From an uncultured Ignavibacteriales bacterium (lineage in GTDB: Bacteria > Zixibacteria > MSB-5A5 > GN15 > JAAZOE01): DNA of 34,623 bases. The notes beneath the pieces are model-generated. The model searched no databases, was not told the DNA's origin, and saw only the letters and a program-made list of their open reading frames with translations. Each line of letters starts with the position of its first letter. Within the stretch, counting starts at the first letter, position 1. This document shows, piece by piece, positions 19,025 to 29,090 of this stretch. The stretch spans positions 74,409 to 109,031 of the forward strand of contig CAZSYD010000002.1 in assembly GCA_964611355.1 (NCBI GenBank), read 5' to 3'. A program made the translations under genes and the position numbers.

Positions 19025-19274
19025 TTTCTCCCCGGTCATCCGCGCCGGATTCGGTGATGCTTCTTAAATCCTCGAATACCTTTTGAGCCTCCTGCTCATC
19101 GATCACGCCGATGGCAAAACCGGCATGCACCAGCACCCAGTCGTTGACACCGACCTCGGGGACAAGCGCCAGATTGATCTCACGCAGCAAGCCGCCGAAA
19201 TCAACCCTGCCCACCCGGGTTAGAGGATCATCGCCGGTAATGGTTTTGATATTTCCCGGAACTGCAATGCACAT
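19011..19274 (-). CDS. hypC: Hydrogenase chaperone HypC/HupF
   Basis: Starts MCIAVPG (ATG 19274); contains VDFGG and [10 protein letters not shown]. Confidence 0.96.
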   Translation of the reverse strand: MCIAVPGNIKTITGDDPLTRVGRVDFGGLLREINLALVPEVGVNDWVLVHAGFAIGVIDEQEAQKVFEDLRSITESGADDRGENEVH

Positions 19275-19278
19275 TATA

Positions 19279-21588
19279 TTATTCTCCGTCCAGAATGTAT
19301 GAAGCGGCCACAACCTGTCCCAGCGAGACACCCCCGTCATTGGGCGGCACAAGGCGATGTCGGAAGGGTCGAAATCCTTCCTGCTTCAATCGCAGGACCG
19401 CTCGTTCCGTCAAGTATTTATTTTGAAAACATCCGCCCGAAAGAACAACGTTGGTCTCGTTCGCTGTTCCGGCGACCGTCACGATCGCTTCCACGAGAGC
19501 GTTATGGAATTTGGCGGATATAATACCGGTTGAAACTCCAAGACGCAAGTCGTCGATTATGGCGCGAAACATATCCGACCAGTCTAATCGTACGGTTTCT
19601 TTCGAATCTGCGGCATTGTTTTGGGGATACGGGAACGTATAAGCTTCATCGGTTGATATGCCGTCCAGCAAAAACTCAAGCTCCATCGCCGCCTGCCCTT
19701 CGAAAGAAATAACCTGGCGTCTTCCGACAAGCGAGGCGGCGGCATCAAAGAGCCTGCCGACGCTGGAAGTCAAAGGAGAGTTTATTCTGCCCTTCAGCAT
19801 TTTTATCAATACCTGACGCTCGTCAGTCGAAAAACTCTGCACCGGCGCGAGATTATCCATTTCCGCAAGAGCTTCACCAAAGATTTCATAAAGCAGACCG
19901 AACGCCGTTCTTCTCGGTTCGCGGACAGCTTTGTCTCCACCGGGAAGGGCAAAATTACGCATCGCGGCAATACGATGATAGTTACGCTCGTGGACTTTTA
20001 GAAACTCACCTCCCCAAACCGTTCCGTCCGGACCATAGCCGGTACCGTCCCAGGAAACGCCCAGAACATTGCCTTCGATGTTATTTTCCGCCATGCAGGA
20101 AAGTATATGCGCCAGGTGATGCTGTACCGGTATCACCCGGCCGCCGTTTTCCCGGGCGAATCGGGTCGAGAGATAATCCGGGTGCATATCGCAGGCGATA
20201 GCCACAGGCGGCTGATCGTAGATGCGGCGAAATTGCCCGATCACCTCACGGAAAGCGTTATATGCCTGTTTGTTGTCAAGGTCTCCGATATGCTGGCTGA
20301 TAAAAACCGTATTGCCGGTCGAAAGAGCGACTGTGTTTTTCAGGTGAGCGCCGACGGCAAGTAATGGCGGCGACTTTTTTCCGGCGGTCACAGGAAGGGG
20401 AGCGTAACCGCGCGCCCGTCTCAAAACCAGTTCGCGCCCGGCCATGACGCGGATAATCGAATCATCAACGTGCCTTGCAATCGGGCGATTGTGCACCAGA
20501 AAAAGATCGGCGATATCGCCCAGACGATTTATCGCCTCCCTTTCGTCGATACAGATCGGCTCGTCGGAGAGGTTGCCGCTGGTGGCGATAACCGGCGAAT
20601 TCAACTCGGCCATGAGGATATGATGCAGCGGAGTATAAGGCAGCATTATGCCCAGGTACGGGTTATCCGGCGCGACCGACGGCGCTATATCAAATCCTGA
20701 CGGTGAAACCGGCGATTTTCTGTGCAGCAGCACAATAGGGCAGGCGGGCGACGTAAGCAGGTTTGATTCAAGCTCAGAGACGTCGCAGCACCTACGGATC
20801 GAATCAAGGTCAGGAAACATCAACGCCAGCGGTTTTTCTTCGCGTCCTTTGCGCTCGCGTAACCGGCATACGCCTTCTTCGTTTTCAGCGTCAACGATAA
20901 GATGGAATCCTCCCAGCCCTTTGACGGCTGCGATTTTGCCCGCCCGGACAGCTTTTACGGTTTTAACTAACGCATCGTGATGCGTCTCCGGTGTCCCGCC
21001 CTGTTTATCCCATAGTTCCAGATGAGGCCCGCACTTGGGGCATGCATTCGGTTGGGCGTGAAAACGGCGATTGGAAGGATCCTCGTATTCGGCCCGGCAC
21101 TCATCACACATGACAAAGCTATTCATCGTCGTGTTGGGACGATCATACGGCAACGCCTCGATAATACTAAACCGTGGCCCGCAATTGGTGCAGTTGGTGA
21201 AAGGATAAAGATAGCGCCTATTATTGGGGTCGAAAATCTCGCGGCGGCATTCAGGGCAGGTCGCCAGATCAGGCAAAATAAGCGCCGTTTTTTGGGAGTC
21301 ATCCGCGCTTTGGCGGATTTCGAAATCCCGATATTCTCCAACGGCATCCGATATTATTGTTTCTACTCTGTGTATCGAAGAAACAGCAGGCTTTTCTTTT
21401 CGGAGCCGAATCAAAAACTCGTCCAACGTTTGCCGTTCGCCTTCTATTTCGATTAAAACCCCCTGGGGCGTATTATTGATCCAGCCCGCAAGACCCAGCT
21501 CAACCGCCAGTCGGTAAACAAAGGGGCGAAATCCGACGCCCTGAACGGCGCCATAGACAGTCAGTCTCAGGCATTGGCGTTGAGTCAT
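19279..21588 (-). CDS. hypF: Carbamoyltransferase HypF
   Basis: GAVQGVGFRPFVY acylphosphatase domain, CxxC zinc fingers, KGLGGFHL, SQHIGDL, VQHH, DGTGYG and PPNDGGVSLGQ. Confidence 0.97.
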   Translation of the reverse strand: MTQRQCLRLTVYGAVQGVGFRPFVYRLAVELGLAGWINNTPQGVLIEIEGERQTLDEFLIRLRKEKPAVSSIHRVETIISDAVGEYRDFEIRQSADDSQKTALILPDLATCPECRREIFDPNNRRYLYPFTNCTNCGPRFSIIEALPYDRPNTTMNSFVMCDECRAEYEDPSNRRFHAQPNACPKCGPHLELWDKQGGTPETHHDALVKTVKAVRAGKIAAVKGLGGFHLIVDAENEEGVCRLRERKGREEKPLALMFPDLDSIRRCCDVSELESNLLTSPACPIVLLHRKSPVSPSGFDIAPSVAPDNPYLGIMLPYTPLHHILMAELNSPVIATSGNLSDEPICIDEREAINRLGDIADLFLVHNRPIARHVDDSIIRVMAGRELVLRRARGYAPLPVTAGKKSPPLLAVGAHLKNTVALSTGNTVFISQHIGDLDNKQAYNAFREVIGQFRRIYDQPPVAIACDMHPDYLSTRFARENGGRVIPVQHHLAHILSCMAENNIEGNVLGVSWDGTGYGPDGTVWGGEFLKVHERNYHRIAAMRNFALPGGDKAVREPRRTAFGLLYEIFGEALAEMDNLAPVQSFSTDERQVLIKMLKGRINSPLTSSVGRLFDAAASLVGRRQVISFEGQAAMELEFLLDGISTDEAYTFPYPQNNAADSKETVRLDWSDMFRAIIDDLRLGVSTGIISAKFHNALVEAIVTVAGTANETNVVLSGGCFQNKYLTERAVLRLKQEGFRPFRHRLVPPNDGGVSLGQVVAASYILDGE

Positions 21589-21821
21589 TTCTTTAGCTGG
21601 TTTTCTCAAGCCGGATTCTCCCGTGCAGGGCAATATTTCTACCCCTTGGCTATAGTTATAATTTTCAAGAAAGGATAATAAAATCATCCTTCAGAGACAA
21701 GCCCCCTGCCTCCGAAAAGCCGGTATCGGGTAACTATTCATATATGGGAAATACGGGCAGGTTTTATAATTTGTGGTAAGAACTGTTTTTTTTGAACCAA
21801 ATCTAATTCGAGATAAATAAG

Positions 21822-21892
21822 CTGGGAGACAGGGATTCGAACCCCGATTCCGTGGTCCAGAGCCACGTGTCCTGCCGTTGGACGATCTCCCA
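21822..21892 (-). tRNA. tRNA-Gln(CTG), CCA not encoded
   Basis: TGGGAGA acceptor pairs with TCTCCCA followed by G; anticodon arm CGTGG-CT-CTG-GA-CCACG; T-loop GGTTCGAATCC. Confidence 0.96.
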
Positions 21893-21964
21893 GTATATCT
21901 TCAGACAAAGATGCCAATGTCAAAAGAGCGCGGCCAAACCATCAGGCCCGGCCATAACTTCCAG

Positions 21965-21992
21965 AATATATTTAATATATCGTCGGTGTCAA
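21965..21992 (-). promoter_or_regulatory. sigma70-type promoter upstream of tRNA-Gln
   Basis: Minus strand TTGACA-N16-TATATT. Confidence 0.55.
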
Positions 21993-22084
21993 GAATCAAT
22001 TAATCAAGAATCAATCTACAGGATAGCCCGATCGGGTGATTGCTTGTAGTATGTTATTGATCGGATGAAATCCCGGAACTGCCG

Positions 22085-22120
22085 AAAAAAATCCCGCCGG
22101 CGGGGGAAGCGGGCGGGATT
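22085..22120 (-). terminator. Rho-independent terminator of the cohesin operon
   Basis: Minus strand aatcccgcc...ggcgggatt stem followed by a T run, 27 nt after the stop at 22148. Confidence 0.75.
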
Positions 22121-22147
22121 CAAACTCTATCTGATTGACGTTCCGAT

Positions 22148-22912
22148 TTACTTAATAAGCACCATCTCGCGGGACTGGCTCGCGCCATTGCCAAAAAGGC
22201 GGTAAGTGTATATGCCGCTCGACATGTTTTTTGCATGATATTGAAATGAGTAAGTTCCCGGTGCCTTGCGGCCCAGATAAATCCGGTCAACCATCTGCCC
22301 GGTGATATTGAATACCTCAAATACGAGATCGGTTGTCTTGCCTATCGAATATGAAATAGTTGTCGCCGGGTTGAAGGGGTTGGGATAATTCTGCATCAAT
22401 TCGAATTGATTCGGTAACGGCCCGGCGTCGTCGTTTGCATCGGTCGGAGAGATGCTAATACCTCCCGAATGGAGGACAAGATCAAGCACGTCTGCAACTT
22501 CATCAACGATTTCGTTGTTCCCGAAAAACTCGATCGTAGCGAGACCGGTTACGTTTTCGTCCACCTTGAAATAAAGAACAGCCAGAACGGCGTCGTCGGA
22601 CAAAGTGACAGGGTTTTCGAAATCTTCCCAGATGATATGAACCTCTCCCGGAATCAAAATATCATTAATCGTTGCTCCGGACAAAACGGCAGAACGGGCG
22701 GAATCAGCCGTCAGCATGGTGAAATTATATTGTATGTGTAATTCAAGTCCGGCTACGGCGTTAAAATCCCTGACGGTTACCGGCACCTGGATTTCATCCA
22801 GGGGAGAGCCATACAGATGAGGAATGGTCAGTTCAATCGCGGAAGCGGGACATGGAACAAGAAGTATTAACCCCAGCACCAAACCAATTGCCAAATAGCA
22901 TGACCTATTCAT
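22148..22912 (-). CDS. Exported single-cohesin protein with T9SS-like C-terminal domain
   Basis: Signal peptide; cohesin-like IQVPVTV...AGLELHIQYN...LAVLYFKV; FELMQNYPNPFNP...SSGIYTYRL...MVLIK. Confidence 0.8.
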   Translation of the reverse strand: MNRSCYLAIGLVLGLILLVPCPASAIELTIPHLYGSPLDEIQVPVTVRDFNAVAGLELHIQYNFTMLTADSARSAVLSGATINDILIPGEVHIIWEDFENPVTLSDDAVLAVLYFKVDENVTGLATIEFFGNNEIVDEVADVLDLVLHSGGISISPTDANDDAGPLPNQFELMQNYPNPFNPATTISYSIGKTTDLVFEVFNITGQMVDRIYLGRKAPGTYSFQYHAKNMSSGIYTYRLFGNGASQSREMVLIK

Positions 22913-22993
22913 TAGATCCTCCGAGGGACAGGTTGTCCTATTTATCAGGAGGAATCGAACCGTAAATCGACTCCTCCAATATCGCTTTTCTAT

Positions 22994-25900
22994 TTACTTG
23001 ATCAGAACCATCTTCCTGGTCTGGCTGAAATCAGCGGCTTTGAAACGGTAGAGGAATATACCGGAAGCTACCGGATTACCGTTTTCATTCCGGCCGTCCC
23101 AGACAAATTCAATCGCACCGGTTTCCTGATAACCCCGATACTCTTTTATCTTCTCGCCGACGATGTTGAAGATGGTCAGGGAGTATTCCCCGGCCTCCTT
23201 CATAGTCGCCCGGATAGTCGTATACGGGTTGAACGGGTTGGGGACGTTCTGATCCAGAGCGTAAGCGGTCGGAAGCGTGGCGTCGTTACCGTCGGTTCCT
23301 TCAAAGAGATAACCGCCTGACAATTCCAGAGGATATGCCGATCCGACGGCGTTAACCACTTCGGCTCCGGTAATGTCGATCTCGGCGGAGGCATGGAAGT
23401 TATCCGGGATCAGGAAACTTACGGTCGCGATCGTCTGCTTGCCGGGTATCGTGGCCGGATTTTTGAAGTCTTCCCAGACCAGATGGATGGTTTCATCGAC
23501 AGTATTAACAGTCATCTCCGACAGCACGTCGGAATTAATGTTAATGACGGTTAAGCCGTGAGCGTCATAGCCGAGGTGCAGTTCAATTCCGGCCAGTTCG
23601 CTGGCATTGGAAATCTCAATCGGCATCGTAACAACATCGCCGATATCTCCATAAATATCCGGCAGATCTATTTTAACCGGAGAACCGGCCGTCGGTTTCA
23701 TGGAGCCGTCTTTGACGGCGCTCCAGCTATTGTTAACGTCCCCGATTCGGACCGCGATAAAATCCTGCACGGTAACGTCGCTGTTGACAATCGTTATGTC
23801 GATCGACCGGGGCGCATCAAACCAGTTTTCCATGGTGATGGCAAAATCGGAATCGACAAAAGCCCAGGTACCGACGGTAAATTCGGTTTCGATTTTGGCC
23901 AGGTACAATCGAATCTTGACCACGTCCGCCACGCTCACCCTGTCATCGCCGCTGACATCCCCGGCAATCATCTTGTACGGCGAGTCGAATATCTCGATAA
24001 AGGCCAGATGCCGGCGAATTTTGACGGCGTCGGCTATGGAAACTCCCAGGTCATCATCGTCGCGCGACGGAGTGATGGTATAGTTTCCGGCCAGCAGGTC
24101 TTCGAAAAAATAATCGCCGTGATCGTCCGTATAGACGGTGGCCGTTGTGTCTCCGGTCAGGTCAACGGTGATGTCGGGTACATTCCTGGCCATATCGTAA
24201 TAGACGATTTTGCCGGTTACGTCGTAAACCGGCTCAACAACGGTTACGCTTCCGTCGCAGAAGCCAAGACCGAATATGGGATCGCCCAAAGGATCAACAA
24301 GTTCGTTCTCGCCGACCCACTGCAATGCCGAGACCTGTCCGATGGCTCCGATGGAAGTGAACCAGATGGTCATAATCGTCCCGCCGCTGGGGACCGATAC
24401 CGGATTGGGGATGTCTTCCCATATATAGGCGATGGTATCGCCCGGGAAACCTATTGTCGGGCCCTGCATATAGCCCGAGGCGATTGAATCGTACCGAAGA
24501 ATGCTTGGATCATAGCGGATATAGAATTGCAACGCCGCGAAGGTGGTGTCATTATAGGCATAAATGGGTACCGGCACTGGGAATCCCTGATGGCCGTTTA
24601 CCTCGGCGATATCAAACGTGCATTCCGCGCAGTCAACCACGAAAAGATTCACGGTTACCGTCTGCGGCGAATTCAGGGCTCCTTCGGCGGTTATGGTTAT
24701 CTCCAGCGCATGCTGCTGCCCGCTGGCCAGTTGATCAGTGTTGACCGAGAAATTCATAGTATATGGAGCGGTGCCGTTTCCGACCGGCAACTCAATACCG
24801 GCGTCGGCGGCAGCCGTCCATTCCAGGATTCCTGTACTATCATTGGTGATATTAAATGAATCGGAAACGATATCGCCTTTGCATACGTTGCCGAAATCGA
24901 AGGATGCTTCCGAAAGGACCAGTCTCGGCTGGACGGCTTCAATGTTTATGCCGCCCGGAATATAATGCGTCGGCAGGGTTGCGCCGTTTATATCGGAGAA
25001 ATGGAAATCGCCGTTGCTGCTGTCAATCGGTACAAACTGGGTCGGCGCCGCCAGGTCGGTCGAGAAGTAAAGTTTGGCCAAAAGACCGGAACCCGGATCA
25101 AGGAAAGGATCCAATACCGGCGCCGCTTCTATCACAATCGTATCATTGACGTTATCGATAGTGGCGTCATTTATTTCCATATATTCAAACCGACTGCCGA
25201 CAAAGGAGACCGAATCGCAATTTATATTGGTTCCGGAGAAAGTCAGCGGCATAAAAAAACCGGCGTTCTGGGCGAAGTTGACATAGTTGATTTCAACTAC
25301 CGCCTGCTCGCCGGCAATAACGGATACCGTTTCGACATAAACGGTGTCATCCACGGGTTCAGTCGTCAGGGTTAAATGCACCGGCGCCTTTTGTGGGCTG
25401 TTGGTGGCGTTGGGGTCCGAAACGATAATGGTGTCTTCATAATGTCCCTCGCCGAGACCGGCGATATCAAATACAACCGTTAGCGCGCCGTCCCCCGAAC
25501 CGCTGGGCGGATACACACTCACCCAGGTTGAACACAGAAAGGTGCCGGCCAACCAGTTTAATGTTCCTCCGCCTGTATTGCTGATAGAAATCTGCTCCGA
25601 GGGTATGGTCGATCCAACCTCGCCCTGAACATTGAGTTCTGTCGGGTTGAGTTCGATGGTGGGCGGGACGGGCTGCCCTTCCTCCTTAACCGGCCAGCAA
25701 CGGCCGCCTTGAGGCCAGAGCACTTCCGGTGCGTGGGTCGAACCGGCGATATCTATAAATATGAAATCGCCCGCCTCGCCGACCTTGTTGCTGTCGATGC
25801 AAAGCGTACCGCCATGGCCGGATGTGGCATGGAAATGAATCAGCCCCTGCCGCTCGAGCGGACCGGGATACAAACCGTAGTTTTTACGGGTACCGCCCCA

Positions 25901-26323
25901 CATGATGCTATCAAGTCCGTCGGCGCCGGTCGTATCCGCAGCGTTGATGTCGAAACTCTGATCCCAATATTTGCCAACCGGATACTGACGGGACCCTTCA
26001 ACCATGCTTATAATCGCCCAGGTAGTGTCAAATACCATAGGGTCGGGAGGCATTCCCGATACCCAGTCAATTCTCAGGATCGCCGTATCGTAAGCCCATT
26101 CTACACCGTTATCAGACCAGATTCTAAAACCGGTCGAATAGCCGCCGAGCGTGTCGCTGTTTTCGTAGTAGAAATCGAAGGTGCACGAATCATTGATCCA
26201 AATGGTGTCGGCATCGACAACACCGTCCACCGTGAGGCCGATATCCATTTTTCCGGCCTGGGCGTCGGCCAGACCGCCGAAAAGCAGAAGCAGGCCTGCC
26301 AGTAATGCGACAGTGAGTTTCAT
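22994..26323 (-). CDS. Large exported multidomain protein: about three cohesin-like domains, two BACON-like domains, a dockerin-like domain and an FlgD/T9SS-like CTD
   Basis: 1109 aa, signal peptide. ISNTGGGTLNW and ITNDSTGILEW (BACON-like); cohesin-like segments; GVSIADAVKIRRHL...AGDVSGDDRVSVADVVKIRLYL (dockerin); YALDQNVPNPFNP CTD. Confidence 0.82.
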   Translation of the reverse strand: MKLTVALLAGLLLLFGGLADAQAGKMDIGLTVDGVVDADTIWINDSCTFDFYYENSDTLGGYSTGFRIWSDNGVEWAYDTAILRIDWVSGMPPDPMVFDTTWAIISMVEGSRQYPVGKYWDQSFDINAADTTGADGLDSIMWGGTRKNYGLYPGPLERQGLIHFHATSGHGGTLCIDSNKVGEAGDFIFIDIAGSTHAPEVLWPQGGRCWPVKEEGQPVPPTIELNPTELNVQGEVGSTIPSEQISISNTGGGTLNWLAGTFLCSTWVSVYPPSGSGDGALTVVFDIAGLGEGHYEDTIIVSDPNATNSPQKAPVHLTLTTEPVDDTVYVETVSVIAGEQAVVEINYVNFAQNAGFFMPLTFSGTNINCDSVSFVGSRFEYMEINDATIDNVNDTIVIEAAPVLDPFLDPGSGLLAKLYFSTDLAAPTQFVPIDSSNGDFHFSDINGATLPTHYIPGGINIEAVQPRLVLSEASFDFGNVCKGDIVSDSFNITNDSTGILEWTAAADAGIELPVGNGTAPYTMNFSVNTDQLASGQQHALEITITAEGALNSPQTVTVNLFVVDCAECTFDIAEVNGHQGFPVPVPIYAYNDTTFAALQFYIRYDPSILRYDSIASGYMQGPTIGFPGDTIAYIWEDIPNPVSVPSGGTIMTIWFTSIGAIGQVSALQWVGENELVDPLGDPIFGLGFCDGSVTVVEPVYDVTGKIVYYDMARNVPDITVDLTGDTTATVYTDDHGDYFFEDLLAGNYTITPSRDDDDLGVSIADAVKIRRHLAFIEIFDSPYKMIAGDVSGDDRVSVADVVKIRLYLAKIETEFTVGTWAFVDSDFAITMENWFDAPRSIDITIVNSDVTVQDFIAVRIGDVNNSWSAVKDGSMKPTAGSPVKIDLPDIYGDIGDVVTMPIEISNASELAGIELHLGYDAHGLTVININSDVLSEMTVNTVDETIHLVWEDFKNPATIPGKQTIATVSFLIPDNFHASAEIDITGAEVVNAVGSAYPLELSGGYLFEGTDGNDATLPTAYALDQNVPNPFNPYTTIRATMKEAGEYSLTIFNIVGEKIKEYRGYQETGAIEFVWDGRNENGNPVASGIFLYRFKAADFSQTRKMVLIK

Positions 26324-26463
26324 GTCGAACTCCTTCGTTACCGGTTATCTAAAACCATGATTTGTTAATTCGTTGTTTCCAAATAATTAAAGACCTTACT
26401 ACCCCGCGTAGTAAATGGGGATATTTCCGGCTAATACCAGGTACTAACCTTCTGTCACTTAGA

Positions 26464-26491
26464 AATATACCATAGTTTGCGATCTTGTCAA
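26464..26491 (-). promoter_or_regulatory. sigma70-type promoter for the cohesin operon
   Basis: Minus strand TTGACA-N16-TATATT with TGG immediately before the -10 (extended -10). Confidence 0.55.
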
Positions 26492-26515
26492 CCAACAAAA
26501 ACCGAGCATTTTTGA

Positions 26516-26926
26516 TTATTTTCCGGTTTTTTCCAATGGCTGGTTTTCGGCTGACAGGCAGTTGCGCCTAAAATGGAAAAAATAAACGACTGCCCCAAGC
26601 ATTATGCCGGCCGAATCGGCCAGCAGATCATATATATCCGCCTTGCGGTTAGCAATAAAGGATTGGTGATATTCATCAAGGGCCGCGAATAAGACCGATA
26701 CAATAATGGCTGACAGGTAAAGCGAAAATCCTCTCAACGCAACCGGCAGGTTGGTCAGAGCCCGGATGGTCAAAAGCATAAAAATGAAGTATTCGACAAA
26801 ATGAGCCAGTTTATCGAGATATTCGAATTCAATTTCGGGTTCAGGAAGACGGGAAATGGAAGATACGATAAAAACCAAAGCGGCGTATAGAATTAGCGGT
26901 AGCTGATACGAGGCGAATTTTCTCAT
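26516..26926 (-). CDS. VanZ-family membrane protein
   Basis: DKLAHFVEY and ALDEYHQSFIANRKADIYDLLADSAG motifs; start at ATG 26926. Confidence 0.88.
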   Translation of the reverse strand: MRKFASYQLPLILYAALVFIVSSISRLPEPEIEFEYLDKLAHFVEYFIFMLLTIRALTNLPVALRGFSLYLSAIIVSVLFAALDEYHQSFIANRKADIYDLLADSAGIMLGAVVYFFHFRRNCLSAENQPLEKTGK

Positions 26927-27156
26927 GTCTTTCCTACTGTCGATAATTCCAAGCAGTGAACGATAAATTATAGCTCGAAAAACACGAAAACAAGCATTTA
27001 AGCCGCCCATGATAAACTTTAGGCGATTAAAGGCGGCTCAATGAGCGATTTTCGTCTATGCGGTTAATAGCTGCTATTAATCGGTTGCCAAGCCGGCCGA
27101 TTTATTGTAACCTGTCATACAATTGAAAGCTGAAAGACCGACAGGATAAAGCCGCC

Positions 27157-28347
27157 ATGAACATGCCGCTTATTACCTCGCCGGTTGGGATACTTACGGT
27201 TCTGGCCGCGATAGCCTCGTTTTTCTTCTATCTGGAGAAAAAAACCGGCTGGAAACTTTTTAACTATTTCCCGCCGCTTATATTTATCTATACCATTCCG
27301 GTCCTGTGTTCCAATATCGGACTCATTCCGAGTAAATCCCCCGCTTACGATTTCATGGGGGTTAATATCCTGCCGATGTTTCTGGTTATCATGCTTCTGG
27401 ACGTGGATATAATGGCCACCGTCCGGGTGATGGGCCGGGGACTTTTTGTCATGCTTCTGGGTACTCTGGGCGTGGTCATCGGCGCGCCAATAGCCTATTT
27501 TCTTGTCAGGGGCGGGTTGGGGGAGAATGCCTGGCAGGGATTCGGCGCCCTGGCCGGAAGCTGGATCGGCGGCACCGGCAATATGCTGGCGGTTTCGCAA
27601 ATGGTCGGGCTTGACGATCATTCGGTAACCTATGGCTATGCCGTTATCGCCGATAATGCGGTTTATCTGATCTGGCTGCCGATTATGCTGGGTTCCAAAA
27701 ACCTGGCCGGCTGGTTTGCCAGATTTACCAAAATGCCTCCTGATCGGCTGAGCAAAATGGAAAAGCTGGCCGGAGAAATTACCCTCGACAAGGGCTCGAT
27801 GGAGATGCGCCATTTCCTGTATCTGGCTTTCATCGGCTTCGGCGTTACCGCTTTGGCGGCATGGCTTTCGGGGATGATTCCGGCTGTTGAGACCTCGTCC
27901 GGGACGACAATTGTTTCCGCAAATACCTATAAAATCCTGCTGGTAACGATTTTTGGCGTCCTGCTGTCATTTACTCGGGCGCGGACGATTCCCGGGTCGC
28001 ACCCTTTTTCGATGGCTCTGGTATATCTGTTTGTTGCCCGCATGGGCGCCAAGGCCGACCTGTCGGATCTGAGCGTGGCCGTTTTGTGGTTTTTACTCGG
28101 GGCGTATATCTGGATTTTCATTCACGGTGTCGTTTTGGTCGGGGCCGCACGGGTTTTCAAGGTCGACGTTCATACCGCCGCCATAGCCTCCGCGGCTAAT
28201 ATCGGCGGCGCTGCGTCGGCTCCGATTGTGGCGGCTTACCATAACCGGACGCTGGTGCCGGTATCAATACTGATGGCTATGATCGGTTACGCCATCGGCA
28301 ACCTGGCCGCTTATCTGGCGGCGTTGCTCTGCTTCTGGATATCGTAA
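27157..28347 (+). CDS. DUF819-family membrane protein
   Basis: Polytopic; GSWIGGTGN and IASAANIGGAASAPIVA motifs. Confidence 0.88.
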   Translation: MNMPLITSPVGILTVLAAIASFFFYLEKKTGWKLFNYFPPLIFIYTIPVLCSNIGLIPSKSPAYDFMGVNILPMFLVIMLLDVDIMATVRVMGRGLFVMLLGTLGVVIGAPIAYFLVRGGLGENAWQGFGALAGSWIGGTGNMLAVSQMVGLDDHSVTYGYAVIADNAVYLIWLPIMLGSKNLAGWFARFTKMPPDRLSKMEKLAGEITLDKGSMEMRHFLYLAFIGFGVTALAAWLSGMIPAVETSSGTTIVSANTYKILLVTIFGVLLSFTRARTIPGSHPFSMALVYLFVARMGAKADLSDLSVAVLWFLLGAYIWIFIHGVVLVGAARVFKVDVHTAAIASAANIGGAASAPIVAAYHNRTLVPVSILMAMIGYAIGNLAAYLAALLCFWIS

Positions 28348-28368
28348 GGCGAAATCTCGAATAAAATA

Positions 28369-29016
28369 TTATGGCTGTACCGTTTCAACCAGGCAGAGGG
28401 TATCATAAGTCGGCGTAAAGCCGCGGTTGTTGTATTCCTCAAGCAACAATCGATGTTGTTCCACAAAAACCGAATCACCGAAGTTTAACGGGCAATAGGA
28501 ACGTTCGTTGGCGCCCTCCCCGAGATTGACCTGAAGTTCCGTCCGCCGCATGTTCTCCGACCAGGTGCCGGCTTCTCCCAGAGTATCGCCCGGCTCAACT
28601 ACGATATCTTCCAGAACATAGAGATTAAGGACATGATCATAAATAATAGTGTAATCGGAACCGGGCAGGGCCGTAACCAGTATCTTGTAGTCGCCCTGCT
28701 CGGGCGGATTTTCCGTGATTTTTTCCACCACCCCTTTTGTAACGGCCAGAACCGCCGCGCCCGGCCGGGTGTAATACTCAATAGCAGGAGATCGCCTGTG
28801 CAGGTCAAGTAAAGCTCCAAACGGAACGATTACCGGCTCGACCATCTTGATATCGCCGAAGGTGGAATCGGAAGAATCGTACGGGCCGGAAATGTCAACC
28901 GGCGTCGCTGAAAAAACCGGCGGTTCAGCGGTGACGGGATCCTTTTCATCGTCACACGATAGATTAATCAATAGGCCAAACGATAAAATAATAAACAGGC
29001 AGGTTTTATTAAGCAT
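28369..29016 (-). CDS. Lipoprotein with degenerate M23/LytM-like domain
   Basis: ATG 29016 after AAGGAG; lipobox LS-C. PGAAVLAVTKGVV, YDH and VEPGDTLGEAG match the M23 fold, but HxxxD and HxH are missing. Confidence 0.65.
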   Translation of the reverse strand: MLNKTCLFIILSFGLLINLSCDDEKDPVTAEPPVFSATPVDISGPYDSSDSTFGDIKMVEPVIVPFGALLDLHRRSPAIEYYTRPGAAVLAVTKGVVEKITENPPEQGDYKILVTALPGSDYTIIYDHVLNLYVLEDIVVEPGDTLGEAGTWSENMRRTELQVNLGEGANERSYCPLNFGDSVFVEQHRLLLEEYNNRGFTPTYDTLCLVETVQP

Positions 29017-29090
29017 ATTGATGCTCCTTGCAACTGTGGTTTCTATTGACCAAGAAAGCGACCGTGAATTATATTGAAATCTGGGGGAAT

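Noticed and set aside
21738..21923. 61-aa ORF across the tRNA; tRNA-Gln as an integration site
   Set aside because: The ORF is incidental to the tRNA. No integrase and no duplicated tRNA 3' end were found in the window.
23558..24487. 309-aa plus-strand ORF
   Set aside because: Antisense to the cohesin/dockerin gene, with no independent evidence.
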